NCBI GenBank assembly: GCA_963770565.1
Contig: CAVYQE010000006.1
Location: forward strand, 32,001-96,000
Direction: 5' to 3'
Source of the DNA: an uncultured Actinomycetota bacterium
Lineage (GTDB): Bacteria; Actinomycetota; Actinomycetes; JAFAQI01
DNA length: 64,000 nucleotides
The position numbers were made by a program, and so were the translations under genes. Below, one piece after another: positions 32,716 to 43,362 of the stretch. Below the pieces are notes generated by a model. It had not been told where the DNA came from. It made no database searches and saw only the letters and a list, made by a program, of their open reading frames with translations. The number at the start of each line of letters is the position of its first letter. Position 1 is the stretch's first letter.

Positions 32716-34081
32716 ATGTGGCCGAAGCTCCCCGATTGGCGGCGCGAAGCGCTCCGGACCACTCTGTGGCTCATCCCCGCCGCGTTGGTCCTTGTTGCGG
32801 TCGTCCTGTTTGTCGTGACCGTGCTGGTCGACCGGGCCGCATTCCATGGCTCACTTGAGCTGCCAACCTGGGTGAACAGCGGCTCGCCCGATGCCGCCCG
32901 CCAGGTCCTCAGCGCGATCGCTGCCGCGGTCATCACTGTCGTCGGCGTTGTCTTCTCCATCACCATCGTCGCGCTGACCCTCACCTCGACTCAGTTCGGG
33001 CCACGGATGCTCCGCAACTTCATCCGCGACCGCGGCACCCAACTGACCCTCGGCACCTTCGTCGGCACTTTCGTGTACGCGGTGCTTGTGCTCGGTGCCG
33101 TCGGCGACGACCGTCGAGGGATCTTCGTCCCGCATCTGTCCGTCGCCGTGTCCCTCGCACTCACCCTGGTGGATGCGGGCGTACTGATCTACTTCATCCA
33201 CCACGTCGCCATTTCCATTCAGTTGCCGCAGGTGATGGCCAGCATCGCGTCGGATCTGTCCGCCGCCATTGACATCGAGATCACCGCCGGCCAGCCCAAC
33301 CATGTTGATCGCCGTGAGAGCGGACCCTCCATCGGCGAGCTCAGGCTTCGGCTGGCCGAGGATGGGCTTGACGTCGCCGCGCCTACCAGCGGCTACCCCC
33401 AGTTCGTGCGCTACGACACTCTGATCGCCATCGCCACCAAGTGCGACGCCGTCATCGAAGTGCTGCACCGCCCAGGTCACTTCCTCGTCGAAGGCCTGCC
33501 GATCGCTCGAGTGTGGCCGTCGTCGTCGGCGTCCGAGGTCAGTCGCGGCACTCAAGCGTGGACACGTCACCGGACCGCACCGCACCCTGACCCAGGACAT
33601 GTCCTTCGCGATCGACCAACTCGTCGAGATCGCGCTACGAGCGCTTTCACCTGCGGTCAACGACACCTTCACCGCACTGACCTGTATCGACTGGCTCGGC
33701 GACGCGCTGTGCAAGATTTCGACCAACTGGAACCCCCGCACGGTCCACCGCGACCGGACCGGAGCAGTACGAGTGATCCAGGCCGAGGTCCGCTATGCCC
33801 GACTGGTGGCACGAGCAGTGGAGAAGATCCGCCAGTCCTCTAAGGGCATGCCGGCAGTGATGATCCGCCAACTCGAGAGCTTGGCCAAGGTCATGCCGTA
33901 CACGACTAGCCCGGAGCAGCGCGAGGTCTTGCTGGTGCACGGCGAGATGATCGGTCGCTCGGCGAGCGAGACGGTCTCAGAGCCGTCTGATCTCGCCGAC
34001 ATCATGCAGCGGCTTACCGTGCTCCGCGAACAGCCTGCCGCGCGGTCCGATCAGCCTGCGTCGCGGTCGGGTCTCTCGTAA
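32716..34081 (+). CDS. DUF2254 family membrane protein; frameshift near 33550
   Basis: FSITIVALTLTSTQFGPRMLRNF in the first frame; QLVEIALRALSPAVNDTFTA in ORF 33599..34081. Confidence 0.82.
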
Positions 34082-34118
34082 CGCTAACGTCTTGCTGCCC
34101 TAATCCCCGACGTCGCTT

Positions 34119-35864
34119 TCAGGCGCCCTTTACTTGTGCGATGGCGTACTGCCAAGAGACCGGCAGCCCACCAGCGTCGGTGATCTGCGAGGCGGTCGGA
34201 TCGAGGTCCGCCCAGATCTCGTAGTTGCGTCCGCCGGTGAGCCTTTGACGGTGAGTGACCGCCGAGGTGACCAACCCTGCTGATCCGGAGCAGTCGATGA
34301 TCGCCTTGCCGTTCGAGCAGGCGATCGCGTTGATCGTGAGCGGCGTCTGGTAGCGCGCGGTCGCCGGGCTCATCGCGTAGGCGGTCAGATTGCCGGTGGT
34401 GAGGTTCTCGACTCCTTCGTCGAAGTCGAGCGTGATCTGGTGGTAGGCGCCGGCCGCTGTGGCGGCGACCACGACCGGGTCGAACACGTATTGCGGCGCG
34501 GCGGCAACCTGCAGCGTGTTGGCAAAGCCGAGCTTGGTCAGCTTCTTCCCGCTGAAGTAGCCCTCGTTTCCGGCGTTGTCGACGACGGCGGCGCTGACAT
34601 GCCACTTACCAACGGGCACACATCTGCGGAAGGTCGCGGTGCCGGTCCATTGCGAGCCGCTCCGCGTCAGCCGCACGTTGACGTTTCCACCGTCCTCGAA
34701 CTCGCCGAGGCCACCGAGCCCCTGAACCGACGACGCACCAGTCGGGTTGCTCCCGTTGCCGAACTCGATGCGGATACCGGTGTTCTTCTCGAAGCTGACC
34801 TCGATTCCCTTCACGCCGGAGACGGCATCGCTTGCGGATGCCGTCACTGCGACGGTCTGGGCTCCGGTGGTGGTGTCGACGCTGGTCGGCGTGAAGGTGA
34901 ACTTGGTCAGCTGCGGAGGCGTGACGTCGACCGTGCTGGTCACCGTCACGGTCGAGGCGTAGCCGAGCAGCTGCAACTCGGTGTGGTCGTAGTCGCGGTA
35001 TTGCGGTGCGAAGCCCCGCCCGAACTGCGCGCTGACCTCGGCTTCTGGCTTCACGTCGCCGACCCACCGTGGCATCGTGACGTGACCTCGCCAGCTGTGA
35101 CCGGTGGCATGCAGCCGGGTATGCAGCTGGAGGAAGTGGGTCTTTCCGCGCTTGGGTCGCTGGTAGAAATCGACGAAGACACGGTGCGGCTGATGGCCCG
35201 TGAACCGGGCGATGACGACGACGCGCTTCGTCGCCTTGCTGGTGTTCACCGCGGTCGGCGACACCGTGAAGGCCGACAACTTTCCGGCCGGCACGGTGTG
35301 CGGATTCTTCTTGGTCGGAGTCGGCCCGGTGAGCGTGAGCGTGGAGTCCCAACCGCTCTGCAGCGATATCGCGGTGGGCGAGGTGGCATTGGTCCCGTAG
35401 CCCGGATAGTCCTGGTAGTTGCCGGCCGCATCGCTGATCTCGACATCGGTCAGCTGGTACGTCCCCGGCCAGTCCTTCTGGCTGAAGGCCGCCGCGCCGG
35501 TCCAGACCCCGTCGTCGGTGGTGCCAGAGGTACGGCGGAACTTCACCGGGACATAGCTGTTGTGCGGCCCGGCCAGGAAGGCGTCGAGGTGCTTCACCCC
35601 GCTGCCCGCACCGCCGGTCGCCGTGTCGACCGCGTCAGCAGTCAGCGTGATCGTCGTCGCGCCGTGGGTCGTGTCCACGGTCTGCGAGCTGAACGTGACG
35701 CTGGAGATCTGCGGCGGCACCGCGTCAGCGGGATGCCCGCACAAATTGATGGCGGCGGCCGCGGCCGGCGTACCGGCGATCAAGGGGAGCAGCACCGTGC
35801 TCCCGATCAGCCCGGTCACCAGTGACCCGCGCAGAACCTGCTGTGTGCTCAGCCGAGATCTCAT
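34119..35864 (-). CDS. Secreted Ig-like repeat protein
   Basis: Signal peptide; repeated (D)xxPPxLxxFTFxPxxVDTT..AQT modules with SGVK and DxAGN motifs. Confidence 0.75.
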   Translation of the reverse strand: MRSRLSTQQVLRGSLVTGLIGSTVLLPLIAGTPAAAAAINLCGHPADAVPPQISSVTFSSQTVDTTHGATTITLTADAVDTATGGAGSGVKHLDAFLAGPHNSYVPVKFRRTSGTTDDGVWTGAAAFSQKDWPGTYQLTDVEISDAAGNYQDYPGYGTNATSPTAISLQSGWDSTLTLTGPTPTKKNPHTVPAGKLSAFTVSPTAVNTSKATKRVVVIARFTGHQPHRVFVDFYQRPKRGKTHFLQLHTRLHATGHSWRGHVTMPRWVGDVKPEAEVSAQFGRGFAPQYRDYDHTELQLLGYASTVTVTSTVDVTPPQLTKFTFTPTSVDTTTGAQTVAVTASASDAVSGVKGIEVSFEKNTGIRIEFGNGSNPTGASSVQGLGGLGEFEDGGNVNVRLTRSGSQWTGTATFRRCVPVGKWHVSAAVVDNAGNEGYFSGKKLTKLGFANTLQVAAAPQYVFDPVVVAATAAGAYHQITLDFDEGVENLTTGNLTAYAMSPATARYQTPLTINAIACSNGKAIIDCSGSAGLVTSAVTHRQRLTGGRNYEIWADLDPTASQITDAGGLPVSWQYAIAQVKGA

Positions 35865-36044
35865 GCTCGTCCGCCAACTCTGTCGCGACGCGTTTGAACT
35901 ACCGGTCTGGGCGTTGGACGCAGTGTGCGCCCGATCGGTTCCCGCGGTCCTGACGGCCGCCGCTCGGCGCCGTACCGGCCAAGGCGCGCGACCGAGTGCG
36001 GGCCGCCATTGATGCTTCCCATAAACCGAAGGTATCTTCGACTT

Positions 36045-36653
36045 ATGAGAAGTGAGGCTCCGCCGTTACTTCCGATCCTCCGCTCACAACACGAGGCGCG
36101 GCTGCTCGCCGACATCCTGCTTCATCCGGAAGAGGAAACCACCCTGACCGATCTTGCCCGCCGGTTGAACATGGCGGTGTCGACCGTGCATCTGGAGGTC
36201 GGCCGCCTCGTCGACGCCGGCATCCTGCTCGAACGATCGGTCGGCCGGGCCCGACTGGTGCGCGCCAATCAGGACAACCGGCTCTTTCCAGCGTTGAGTC
36301 AGCTGATGCTCCTGACCTATGGACCGGCCATCGTCATCGGAGAGGAGTTCAGCGAGTTCGCCCCGAAGGCGGACGTCCTGATCTTCGGGTCCTGGGCAGC
36401 TCGGTACACGGGCAAGGTCGGCGATGCGCCACATGACATCGACGTTCTGGTGGTCGTCGACCGGATCAGCCGGCTCGCGGTGGATGCTGCCGCGCAGCGG
36501 AGTGAGGACCGGTTGCGCATCCCAGTGAATCCGGTCGTGATGACACGCGACCGATGGCGGGAACGAGACGACGAGCTGGCCGCTGATATCGCCGCCGGAC
36601 CGACGTACTCGGTCTCAACCCTGACCGTCCCCAGACCCGGCCACCCGGCATGA
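36045..36653 (+). CDS. wHTH plus minimal nucleotidyltransferase (MNT) protein, copy 1
   Basis: N-terminal HTH; IFGSWAAR..DIDVLVV nucleotidyltransferase motif; close paralog of 37775..38383. Confidence 0.85.
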   Translation: MRSEAPPLLPILRSQHEARLLADILLHPEEETTLTDLARRLNMAVSTVHLEVGRLVDAGILLERSVGRARLVRANQDNRLFPALSQLMLLTYGPAIVIGEEFSEFAPKADVLIFGSWAARYTGKVGDAPHDIDVLVVVDRISRLAVDAAAQRSEDRLRIPVNPVVMTRDRWRERDDELAADIAAGPTYSVSTLTVPRPGHPA

Positions 36654-37059
36654 GCCGGTGGCAAATGGGCGAGGCCGTCGTCGAGCAACTGCTCTCCGGC
36701 GGCCAGTTGGAGTCCGTCACCGGAGGTCCGCAAACGGTGAGCCCTGGCTGGCCAAGGCGGAGACCACGCTCCGGTCGGCGCGATCGCTCGTCACGCAGGA
36801 CGCTTCCAGCGCGTATGTGCTCGGGTACGACTCCGCCCGGCAGGCCTGCGTGGGCCTGCTTGCCCAGCAGGGGCTACGTCCGACAACCAGAGGCGGCCAC
36901 TACGCGGTGGACCAAGCGGCCGTCGCGCAGTTTCGGGATGCGTTCGCGGTGTACGGCTCGCTTCGCCGCGGCCGAAACCGGATCGAGTATTCGACCCAAC
37001 CCGTCGACGAGATCAGCATCGAGGAGGTCACCGAGGCGCTCGATGCCGTCGCGGCGATG
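36650..37059 (+). pseudogene. HEPN-domain protein copy 1, frameshifted near 36725 and 3'-truncated
   Basis: Paralog of 38380..38844 (AYVLGYD.ARQAC, GGHYAV, RRGRNRIEY); similarity ends after ATG 37057-37059. Confidence 0.78.
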
Positions 37060-37275
37060 GGCTACTACAACTCCTTCTACACCAGCGGCTACAGCACCAC
37101 CGCACGTAAGCAACTAATGGTTCACGAAATGGGTCACGAACTAGGTCTGGACCACGCGGGCACCAGCACCTGTTCGGGACAGCCGATTATGTATCCAAAT
37201 AGCTCTCGGTACTTTACCTGCAACCACCAGAATCCACAGCCGGATGACATCGATGGGAGCAACTCTCTCTACTAG
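37060..37275 (+). pseudogene. C-terminal fragment of a metzincin (matrixin-like) metallopeptidase, fused in frame to the HEPN remnant
   Basis: HEMGHELGLDH (HExxHxxGxxH), PIMY Met-turn, DDIDG..SLY; lower GC than neighbours. Confidence 0.7.
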
Positions 37276-37291
37276 GTGCTCGGACAGCTCA

Positions 37292-37479
37292 GTCGTCGCC
37301 GCAGCCATGATCGACCGCCTCGTCCACCACGCCGAAGTCGTGTCCCTCAAAGGCGACAGCGACCGACTCAAAGACCGAGACCTCGGCCGCGTCCCCGCGG
37401 CCACAACCGAGGACCAATGACCAGCAGGGGGTCAATTTTCAGTTGCCGATAGAGGGTCAATTTTCGGTTGCCGTTGACA
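37292..37479 (+). mobile_element. IS21-family remnant (istB 3' end and right terminal repeats)
   Basis: Encodes VVAAAMIDRLVHHAEVVSLKGDS; two GGGTCAATTTTC repeats; ends in GTTGACA; homologous to 44377-44570. Confidence 0.88.
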
Positions 37480-37510
37480 CTCAGATCCGAAGAGCCCGGA
37501 AACGCCAAAA

Positions 37511-37557
37511 TGGTGGGCAGGGGCGGGGTCGAACCGCCGACCTTCCGCTTTTCAGGC
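37511..37557 (-). repeat. att core: 47-bp exact duplicate of the tRNA-Phe 3' part
   Basis: TGGTGGGCAGGGGCGGGGTCGAACCGCCGACCTTCCGCTTTTCAGGC is identical to 51450-51496. Confidence 0.95.
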
Positions 37558-37774
37558 TTTACGGGTATCGCGAGGAATCGCTGCTGCGTAAGGGATTCTG
37601 GTAGCTATTGCACGGCCCGTGCAATAGCCGTGCAACATCGGTTTTTGACCACCCGATGCTGTTTCCGGTGGGAAGCTGCAGGCGGAGGGTCGAACGAAGC
37701 TCAGCCTTGCCGGTCGGAAAGTATCGCACCGAACAGAAGTTGAAATTTGCATAGACCGAAGATATCTTTGATTT

Positions 37775-38383
37775 ATGCGAAGTGAGGCGCCGCCGCTGTT
37801 GCCGGTCTTGCGCTCCCATCACCAGGCGCGGCTGCTCGCGGATCTCCTGCTGCATCCCCATGAGGAGACGACTCTGACCGACCTTGCCCGTCGCCTGGAC
37901 ATGGCGGTGTCCACGGTGCACCTCGAGGTCGGCCGTCTGATCGACGCCGGCATCCTGCAGGAGCGTCAGGTCGGGCGGTCCCGCCTGGTTCGGGCCAACC
38001 GCGACGGTCGGCTTTTCCCCGTGCTGAGCGAGCTCATGCTGTTGACCTACGGCCCTGCGGTCGTCATCGCTGATGAGTTCCGCGAGTTCAGTGCGAACGC
38101 GGAGGTCATGATCTTCGGGTCCTGGGCGGCCCGCTATGCCGGAACGGTTGGAGCCGAACCGAACGACATTGACGTCCTGGTGGTAGGCGACGAGCTAAGC
38201 CGCCTCGCGATCGACGCGGCGGCGCAGCGAAGCGAAGGCCGGCTGCGGATCCCGGTAAACCCGGTCGTCATGACCCGGGCACGATGGCGTGATCGCACCG
38301 ATCCGCTCGCGACCCAGATCCACGCTGGCGCGGTCTATTCAGTGACTGAGGTGCTGCCGGTCGTGGGACGGTCGACCGCATGA
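37775..38383 (+). CDS. wHTH plus MNT protein (putative antitoxin), copy 2
   Basis: HTH; IFGSWAARY..PNDIDVLVVG; ATGA overlap with the HEPN gene. Confidence 0.87.
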   Translation: MRSEAPPLLPVLRSHHQARLLADLLLHPHEETTLTDLARRLDMAVSTVHLEVGRLIDAGILQERQVGRSRLVRANRDGRLFPVLSELMLLTYGPAVVIADEFREFSANAEVMIFGSWAARYAGTVGAEPNDIDVLVVGDELSRLAIDAAAQRSEGRLRIPVNPVVMTRARWRDRTDPLATQIHAGAVYSVTEVLPVVGRSTA

Positions 38384-38844
38384 GCCGATGGGGAATCGGC
38401 GCGACCGTCGTCGAGGAATTGCTGAAGTCGCGCCATCTCGAGGCCATCGTCGGCAGCGCGGCGAACGGCGACGCATGGTTGGACAAGGCCGACACCACGC
38501 TCGACTCCGCACGTTCGCTGGTGGAGCAGGATCCGTCGAGTGCCTACGTCCTCGGGTACGACGCAGCTCGGCAGGCATGCGTCGGCCTTCTCGCGCAGCA
38601 GGGACTACGGCCCACGACGGCGGGTGGTCACTACGCCGTCGAGCGGACCGTCGTGGCACAGTTCCGCGACGCGTTCACGGTCTTCGGGTCGCTGCGACGC
38701 GGTCGCAACAGGATCGAGTACCCGGTCAAGCCATCCGACCAGACCACGCCCGCCGACGCGGCTGAGGCCTTGGGTGCTGTCGCGACGATGATCGAGAAGG
38801 CGAGGCAGCTGCTCCCCAGCCTCGGTCTGTTCAGCGCTGGGTGA
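38380..38844 (+). CDS. HEPN-domain protein (putative toxin)
   Basis: Helical 154 aa; YDAARQAC, GGHYAV, R-x4-Y motif RNRIEY; coupled to MNT. Confidence 0.78.
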   Translation: MSRWGIGATVVEELLKSRHLEAIVGSAANGDAWLDKADTTLDSARSLVEQDPSSAYVLGYDAARQACVGLLAQQGLRPTTAGGHYAVERTVVAQFRDAFTVFGSLRRGRNRIEYPVKPSDQTTPADAAEALGAVATMIEKARQLLPSLGLFSAG

Positions 38845-39958
38845 TGCTCCGCGGCCGATCCGGGTCATCAGGTCGGTCGGCGGCGAGCCGACTCAGGGCG
38901 TCAGCGATCTGACGGTCGCGGCTGTCGGTGGCGTGCAGGTACCGCTTCGCGGCGACCATCGAGGAGTGGCCGAGTCGGCGCATCAGGTCGGCGAGGCTCG
39001 CTCCCGCCTCGGCGGCGAGGGTCTGCCCGGTGTGACGCAGGTCGTGGAAGCGAAGTTGTGGCAGCCCTACCTCGGCACGTGCCCGCTGAAACGCCAGCCG
39101 CAGTGCATCGCCGCGCATCGGTTCACCACCGCGGCCGACGAAGACCCGCTCAGCGCCGGCGTAGGACTTGAGGTGTTCGGTGAGTAGCGGGATGACATGC
39201 GGGGGGATCGCGACGGTCCGGTAGCCGGCGTCGGTCTTCGGGGGCGCGTCGAACCGGTCCGGCGTGCTGAGCAGCTCGGTGCGGGTCCGACGGACCGTGA
39301 CCAGCCCACGATCGAGGTCGAGATCGCTGGGGCTCAGCGCGAGCACCTCCCCGCGCCGCAGTCCGCACCATCCCGCCAGGACCACCGCGGCCCGATAGCG
39401 CGGGATGATTGCTTCGATGAGCGCGGCGATCTCGGCCGGGGTGGCGACGGGACGTTCGACCGCACGGTCGACGCCGGCGCCGCGGACCTGGCACGGGTTA
39501 CGGGCGAGCGCACCGTCGGCGACCGCGCTGTTCAACACGGCTCGCAAGAAGCGGTAGGACTGCGCTATCGAGGTCCGTCCGCCGTCGCCTGCCATCGCCT
39601 CGGCGTACCAGTGCCGGACCACCGACGGACTCAGGTCGCGAAGCGCCAGCGGCTGCAGCGGCGCGAGATGCAGCCGCAAGTTGCGTTCGCAGGTCTCTCG
39701 CCATCGCGGTCCGATCCGGGGATGCGAAGCGAGCCAGTCCTTCGCGTAGACGCCGAAGGCCACCTTGGCTGCCGCGTCATCGACCCACGTGCCGCGCAGC
39801 ATGTCGGTCTCGACCGCGGAGACCCAGCGGTCGGCGTCGGTCTTGGTCGCGAACGTCGCCGGCGCCGTCCGCCGCGAACCGTCCGGAGCCTGGTACGACG
39901 CCTGCCAGCGATTTGACGGCAACCGACGGACCGCACCGAAGCGTCGCCGACCAGCCAT
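38831..39958 (-). CDS. Tyrosine recombinase/integrase
   Basis: N-terminal arm-binding domain (RRRFGAVRRLPSNRWQASY); CGLRRGEVLAL, PPKT, FHDLRHT, RLGHSS..AKRY. Confidence 0.95.
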   Translation of the reverse strand: MAGRRRFGAVRRLPSNRWQASYQAPDGSRRTAPATFATKTDADRWVSAVETDMLRGTWVDDAAAKVAFGVYAKDWLASHPRIGPRWRETCERNLRLHLAPLQPLALRDLSPSVVRHWYAEAMAGDGGRTSIAQSYRFLRAVLNSAVADGALARNPCQVRGAGVDRAVERPVATPAEIAALIEAIIPRYRAAVVLAGWCGLRRGEVLALSPSDLDLDRGLVTVRRTRTELLSTPDRFDAPPKTDAGYRTVAIPPHVIPLLTEHLKSYAGAERVFVGRGGEPMRGDALRLAFQRARAEVGLPQLRFHDLRHTGQTLAAEAGASLADLMRRLGHSSMVAAKRYLHATDSRDRQIADALSRLAADRPDDPDRPRSITQR

Positions 39959-39967
39959 CGTTGTCTC

Positions 39968-40183
39968 CTACCGTCGTCCTGACCTCACCGGTACCGGGTC
40001 GACCCGGCCGGCCGCCAGATAGTCAGCGAGATCTGTGGATGAGATCCGCACATGACGGCCGATCTTGTGGAAGGCGATCCGCCGCTCGGCGATCAGCCGA
40101 CGGACGAACCGGACCGTCGTACCGAGCCGGTCGGCCGCTGCCTGCGGGGTCAACATCTGGTCTGCTTCGACCAAATCGCTCAT
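39968..40183 (-). CDS. Excisionase-family HTH DNA-binding protein
   Basis: MLTPQAAADRLGTTVRFVRRLIAERRIAFHKIGRHVRI; GAGGAG RBS; directly upstream of the integrase. Confidence 0.9.
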   Translation of the reverse strand: MSDLVEADQMLTPQAAADRLGTTVRFVRRLIAERRIAFHKIGRHVRISSTDLADYLAAGRVDPVPVRSGRR

Positions 40184-40215
40184 GCTGGACTCCTCATCAA
40201 TGGGTGGGATTGCGG

Positions 40216-43070
40216 TCATCGGCTCAGGCCCTCTCGGGCCGGTGGATCGCGCTGCCAGCGCGGCTGCTGGTCGATCGCGAGTTGCTGTTCGCTGGTCCGG
40301 GTCAGCCGTTGCGCGAGGTCCGCGGTGATCCCGCGCTGCCGCAGGTGATGGCTGGGGATGGGACTGAGCGGGTCGTCGGAGAGCGCATCGGTGAGGGTGT
40401 CGATGCCGGTGTGGTGGATCTCGGTGCGGTGCCGGGCTCGGGACAGCGCGACGTAGCCGGCGTTGCGGTCGCCGATGCCGGTGGCGTCGACGAGCACGAA
40501 GTCGACAGTGAGGCCTTGGGCCTTGTGGATCGTGATGGCATACGCGCCGACCAGGCGGTCGTTGGCCCAGTCGGCGGGGACGGTCACGGCCTGGCCGTCG
40601 AGGTCGAGACCGACCCGGTCGGACCGGACGTGGGCGATGGTCGCGCGTTGCCCATTGAGCAGGCCGCGTTGATGGTCGTTGCGGGTGATCATGACGAGCT
40701 CGCCGACCGCATAGGTGTTGTCACCGGCGTTCTGGTCCGGTCCGATCGCGCCGGCATGTTGGAGCTGGTGGCGGATCGCCTGGTTGAGTCGCGCGGCGCC
40801 GCTGCGGGTGGCGGTGAGCGCGACGACCTCACCCGGTGCGACGCCTGAATGGACGGCGTCGAGGTACTGGCTCGCGATCGTGGCGGTGAGCGTGTCGGTG
40901 TCCGCGTGTGGGTGGAGCCGGTCGTGCCGCTGGTAGAGGCCGAGCGCGCGGGGGATGTCTCCGGCGCGCAGCGTGGTGAGGGCAGCGCGTTCCCAGCCGT
41001 GGCGTTGCCGGTGGTTGTCGGTGAGCTCGACGCGGAGGTGCTGGCGGGAGAGTCGGGCGAACATCCCGCCGGCGTCGATTTCGGTCAGCTGGGCGCGGTC
41101 CCCGACCGGGATGATCTTCCCGCTGACGGCGGTGACGGCGGTCAGCAGCCGGTGGTAGTCGCGGGTGCCGACCATCCCGGCCTCGTCGATCACGAGTACG
41201 CACCGGTTTGGGAGTGGGTGACCGGCGCGGAGCCGGCTGGTGAGCCGGGCGATGGAGGTGGAGGGGATTGCGGTGGCGTGTTCGAGCCGCCGCGCGGTGA
41301 CCGCCGCGACGCACGCGCCGAGCAACGGCACCCCAAGCGATCGGTAGTGCTCATGCAGTGCGGTGAGCATCGCGGTCTTTCCCGCACCGGCCGGTCCGAG
41401 CACCACGTCGACGGTCGCGGGTGACGCGGTGATCAGCTGGACCGCGAGCCTCTGCCGGGTGGACAGCCCCGGCGGCACACTGGGGTCGGCGACCGGCACC
41501 GCGGAGGTGGTCGCGGCGAGTTGCAGGGTCGCGAGTTCGGTGGTGGCGAGCTCGACCGTGGTCCAGCGCCGCTCCTCTTCTCCAGCGAGCACGGCAGGAC
41601 CCGCCGGTCAGTGAGAACGCGGTCGACCGTGTTCTCGACCTGCTGATGGTCGACAGGGGTGCCAGCGGGCAGCGCTTCGAGGAGTGCTTGGGTGAACTCG
41701 CGGCGATCGACGCTGGACCGGAGCGCGGTGACCCCGTCGGGTGCGAGCAGCTCGTCAGTGACCCGCGCCAAGGTGGTCGAGTCCAGCGGTGCGGCGTGCT
41801 CACGGTGCAGGACGGCGCGGATCATCCGGGCCGGCGCCGGGACGTGACGGATCGCGCGTTCCCACCAGCCTGCGGTCAGCTCGGTCACGGTCCGTCCGGA
41901 CTTCGCCGGCCGCGTCACGAGGCACGCGACCTGCGCGGCGGCGACCCCGTGCCCGCCGGTCGCCTCAAGGTGCGCGTCAATCTGTCGACGACGGGTGGAG
42001 AACTCGCGACGCAGCGGCTCGTGGAAGCCAATGATCTCCGCTGTCCCGTTACGCACTGGTCCCCACCCGACTCCGAGCCGGCCGGTCAGCTGACCGCGGA
42101 GGACGGCTTGGTACAGATAGCCGGCGGTGCGCTGGTGGCGGAACAACGCGCGGGTGTCCAACGCCGACCATTTGCCGTCCTGGCCGTGGGTGAGGTTCGC
42201 GATGACGAGATGGGTGTGGATCTGCGGGTCATCCGCGCGGGAGGTCAGATGCTCGAACCCGGCGACGATCAGCCCGTCGGTCCCGACATGCGCGGCCCGG
42301 TGCCCATCACCCTGATGCCCGCGTAGCGCATGCGCGGCGTACCGCTCGAGATGCTTCACGGCTTCGGTGACCGCGGCCCGGTGCGCCGCCAGCACCTGCT
42401 CCGACACTTCCGGGTCGCCGAAAGCCCACAGCAACGACACGGTCTTCGGCGCGGAGATCGCCCCGTCGGCTCCCGCCCGCCGGACGTCCACTTTCACTTC
42501 GGACTGGGCGTGCGCGATCGCGACCCGCCCGGGTCCGTAGAGCCGATCGAGGTCGACTCCTGCGCTGGTCGCGACCTTCTGCAGTGGGTCGAGCTTCGCG
42601 ACCGTGGTCGGGTCAGCGGCCAACCGCATCGAAAGCCGGGACAGTTCCGCCCGGGCCTTCGGGTCGGTCACGAGATCATCGACCGGGAGCCCACGTTCGG
42701 CGGCCACAGAGTGGACCGCGTCAAGGATGGGCCCGATCGGTAGCTGGCTGTCTGGGTGCGGCCGCCACACCGGCCCGGCTACCGGAGTTCCGTCGGGGAG
42801 TTGACCGGACAGCAGTCGGGACAGCACCTCGACCTGCCCTGGCAGGATCGGACCCGTGAGACCGAGTGCCGCTGCTCCCTTGCCGGCCCATTGGCCGAGC
42901 ACCCGGCCGTGCTCGTTGTAGTAGTCCACGGCACGACCCGCACCGTCCGCCCGGTTGAACGCGGTCGGGTCGGGTGACGCCGGGTCGTGGCTGCGGGCGC
43001 AGTCCGCGCCGTGCTCGACGTAGTAGCGGATCGCGGCCCGCGCGGAGGCGAACGTTTTGAACCTCAACAC
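40216..43070 (-). CDS. MobF (TrwC-like) relaxase-helicase; frameshift near 41590
   Basis: DYY, SAPKTVSLLW, HUH motif HLTSRADDPQIHTHLVI, FSTRR; helicase part GPAGAGKT, IDEAGM, GDRAQL, YAITIHKAQGLT, YVALSRAR. Confidence 0.9.
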
Positions 43071-43340
43071 GACCCGTCACCGCCCCCCGACCGCAGGCAG
43101 AACGGAGCCGGAACAGGGGTGAGATCGGTGCGCATGGCGGCACTGTGACCGGTCACCGTCCCCTCGAACGTACCCAAACGTCACCCGTGACAGCAGAAAG
43201 TATCGACGAGTTTTCGGGACCGGCTGACGGCCGCGACATGGCACGAAACGACACCCGCGGTCACGGGGCGACACCCACGGACACCCGTGGCTACTGCCCC
43301 ACTCGTCACCCCGTGACGTTTGGGGACGCTCACCGGTACT
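43071..43340. promoter_or_regulatory. Candidate oriT / control region
   Basis: Non-coding region upstream of the relaxase with several GTCAC-Nx-GTGAC palindromes and three GACACCC direct repeats. Confidence 0.5.
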
Positions 43341-43362
43341 TCGAGGTCTACCGTCGGCGGGT

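Noticed and set aside
37511-37557. Second tRNA-Phe gene
   Set aside because: Only the 3' 47 nt are present, without the D arm or 5' acceptor strand; it is the att duplication.
41560-41620. Programmed frameshift between relaxase and helicase domains
   Set aside because: No slippery heptamer is visible, and similar indels occur in unrelated genes in this window.
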